DNA of 64,000 nt from assembly GCF_032062105.1 (NCBI RefSeq), contig NW_026939160.1:62001-126000 (forward strand), read 5' to 3'. The position numbers and the translations under genes were made by a program. The notes under the pieces are model-generated. The model was not told the DNA's origin, did no database searches, and saw only the letters and a list, made by a program, of their open reading frames with translations. Below are positions 61,544-64,000 of this stretch, piece by piece. Source of the stretch: Saccostrea cucullata. Taxonomy: Eukaryota. The first letter of the stretch is position 1. Every line of letters begins with the position of its first letter.

Positions 61544-62385
61544 ACAAGATGTGTTGAATTTGTGAAACACTGATGCCCCAATATGGTAGCTCATGGCAAA
61601 GTATTTTCTCTGAAATGCAACTCAAAATAGTATCCAAAGAAATGTTTTGTCACAAGGAAAACACCAATGAAATTTGAATGCCATAGTAACAACCATTCAA
61701 ATGTTATGGTCAAGGTTAGAGTTTTTCAAAAGTAGGTCAACTTCCAAGGTCAACGTCAAAATTAATGGTGTCAAAGGAAATTAAAGGTCTTGTCTTAAGG
61801 TATATGCATATGAAATATGAAACCCCTAACACTAAATATGCCCTTCAGGGTATATAGTTTTGTCCTGTCCATATATAGTTTTGTCCACATATAACCTTGC
61901 CCATAACTTTTGCTTGGTTGAAGTTATGATGTGATTTCCTTATGATAAGACCTTTTTTTGGATTCCAAGATATTTGATGCCTTTGACCTTGGAGCTTGAC
62001 ACATTTTTGTGAAAAATTACAGAACTTTAATCTTGGCCATTTTTTTTTTTTTAACTTTTGAACAGTTGGTGCTAGGGCTGTCATATTTCCCATGTGAAAT
62101 TGATGTGACAAGGCCTTCTTGATCTTGACCTTAGAGTTTGGTCCACTTTTTCATGAAACTGTAACCTTTAATAAATTTTAAATATTTACTTGTGACAAGT
62201 CCTTTCTTTACATACCCACAATTTTGACCTTTTGACTTTGACATAATTTTGAAAACTTTTACATTAGACAAAACTTTTGACCAGTTGGTGCTAATGCTTT
62301 TATAATTCACTGGTATATTTCTTGTGACAAGACCTTCCTCTGGATACCATACAGTTTGTTCATGTAGGTCAAGGTTAAAGTGTCA
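61544..62385. repeat. Decayed HINE-type fragments in opposite orientations (CAAGGTCA / TGACCTTG-rich repeats)
   Basis: ACAAGATGTG..GAAACAC..ATGCCCC start; recurring TGACCTT, TGTGACAAG and GTTGGTGCTA motifs at ~230-bp spacing. Confidence 0.5.
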
Positions 62386-62822
62386 ACAATTTTCAAACAT
62401 CCACAGTTATACGACTATGTAATGATAGGGTTACGTGCAAAACAAGGCAGGCAAAGTGATAAATTCGATTTAGATATATAATGAGTAAACAAAACAAATC
62501 TATATTATTTAGTTTCATGTATGAGTTTTATTTCTCCACTGAAAGACAACAAGGGTAAAGTGACTTGGTGAAGTTACATGATGTAATTAATGACAAGAAA
62601 ATGAACTGTTTATTTTAAAGCATAAACTTTAGTTATTTTACAAGAAACAAAATTCATAAAATCATGTGATAAATCTTAAGGATTAAACTAATTTTGATAC
62701 TGAAACAAAATACTGAGGTAAAAAAATGCACTGAGATATACCGGTATATATTGAAATTAAACATTTTTATAACATAGTTTTTAAAATTGAAGTCCAATTT
62801 ATATTACAATAAAAAAAAAAAG

Positions 62823-63308
62823 AGAGATGTGTGTGAAACACTTATGCCCCCTCCCCCTGGACATACATGCATGTGCATGTGAAGAAAATGAATTGAAACT
62901 GCAAATAATTGGAGTTTTTCTAAGTCCAAGGGGCATAATTTTGTCAAAAATGCTCAATTGTATCCAAAAGCAGAATTTGAAATAGATATTAGTAATATAA
63001 ATCTGTATACCAAATTTCCTTTCAGTAGGTGCAACCTCTGCAAAGAAAATGAACAGAAAACTGCAAATAATTGGAATTTTTTTTGAAGTTCAAGGGGCAT
63101 AACTCTATTAAAATTGCTTGATCATACCCAAAACAGAAGTTGATCTTGATATTTTTAAAGACAAATCTGTAATACTAAATTTCATTTCAGTATGTCCAAA
63201 CTCTGCAAAGAAAAATGAAAGGAAACTTGATGGACTGATAGACCAACCAACCGACAGACAGAAGCCAGCAAAATATATATGCCCTTCCTTCTTCAAAGGG
63301 GGCATAAT
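62823..63308 (-). mobile_element. Third copy of the 8073-9326 HINE family (two repeat units)
   Basis: AGAGATGT..GAAACACTTATGCCCCC start, AAGT(C/T)CAAGGGGCATAA units at ~62922 and ~63086, GACN microsatellite, ATGCCCT..GGGGGCATAAT end. Confidence 0.75.
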
Positions 63309-64000
63309 AAGTAAAATGTCTCTCTTGAAAACAAAATGATAGAAATCAAAGAGTAAAATTATTTAAACATCAGTATACATTTAAGTACCAGCTGTCTTTA
63401 AATCTCCAATATAACAGAATACAAACATGATCAGGCAAAAAAAAAAAAAACGCAGTGAATCATGTGAATATTGGTCCATCAAGAGCATGAAAATTATGTC
63501 CTGAATATATGATCTACACATACATTATTCATTTACAAAACATTTTTTTTTTATCTTACTAGTCCATAATCTGTTTTACCAGTTCTACTATTATATCCTT
63601 TGAATTATCTCTCTTAATAATTCATTATAACTCGTAATTCATTTTTTTAGGTGGACGGATATTTATTTTAAATTTTGGTAAGATGATAGCCACATATCAT
63701 ATTAAAATTGTTTAGCATCTTCAATAAATCCACACTGAATCATTTTCTTATTAATCTTTACATAATCTATAAAAATTCTATAAAACTTTTAGAAAAAATT
63801 TATATACTTCACTAAATGTTGATAAAAGTCATGTATGATATCACAGACAACACTAATATATAGGGGTGAACCTTACTTTCATAAAATGATTCAGACTTAT
63901 GTTCTACAATGGATTGTCATGGGGATAATTTTCAGTGTTTGCCAACTTATAATTTCCTGAGGATTTATTTGTAGTTTCAAGGGGTTTTTTCAAAATATAA

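Overview
AT-rich, intron-containing animal genomic DNA, most likely a bivalve and probably an oyster, judged from a Helentron-type non-autonomous element carrying a 166-bp Cg170/BIV160-like repeat array. No prokaryotic features and no CRISPR. Eight protein-coding genes were reconstructed by hand with phase-consistent splicing: a PAR-bZIP clock output factor (HLF/TEF/DBP/Pdp1 family, +), a BTB-BACK-PHR protein (-), a small N-acylated stathmin-domain-like gene (+), Slingshot phosphatase (-) head-to-head with EFCAB5 (+), MRPL50 (-) head-to-head with delta-tubulin TUBD1 (+), and a GT31 galactosyltransferase-like gene with a degenerate DxD motif (-). Intergenic and intronic DNA holds many small mobile elements, some nested: HINEs, MITEs with 2/3/7/9-bp TSDs, a tRNA-derived SINE, a LINE tail and a duplicated hairpin-ended element. 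The most interesting observations are: (1) two frame-preserving cassette-like exons in Slingshot, one encoding an MLCK-like 1-8-14 calmodulin-binding helix; (2) a dynein microtubule-binding-domain-like C-terminus in EFCAB5; (3) the SSH-EFCAB5 divergent pair, which mirrors the human SSH2/EFCAB5 arrangement. All gene models are manual and lack transcript support.
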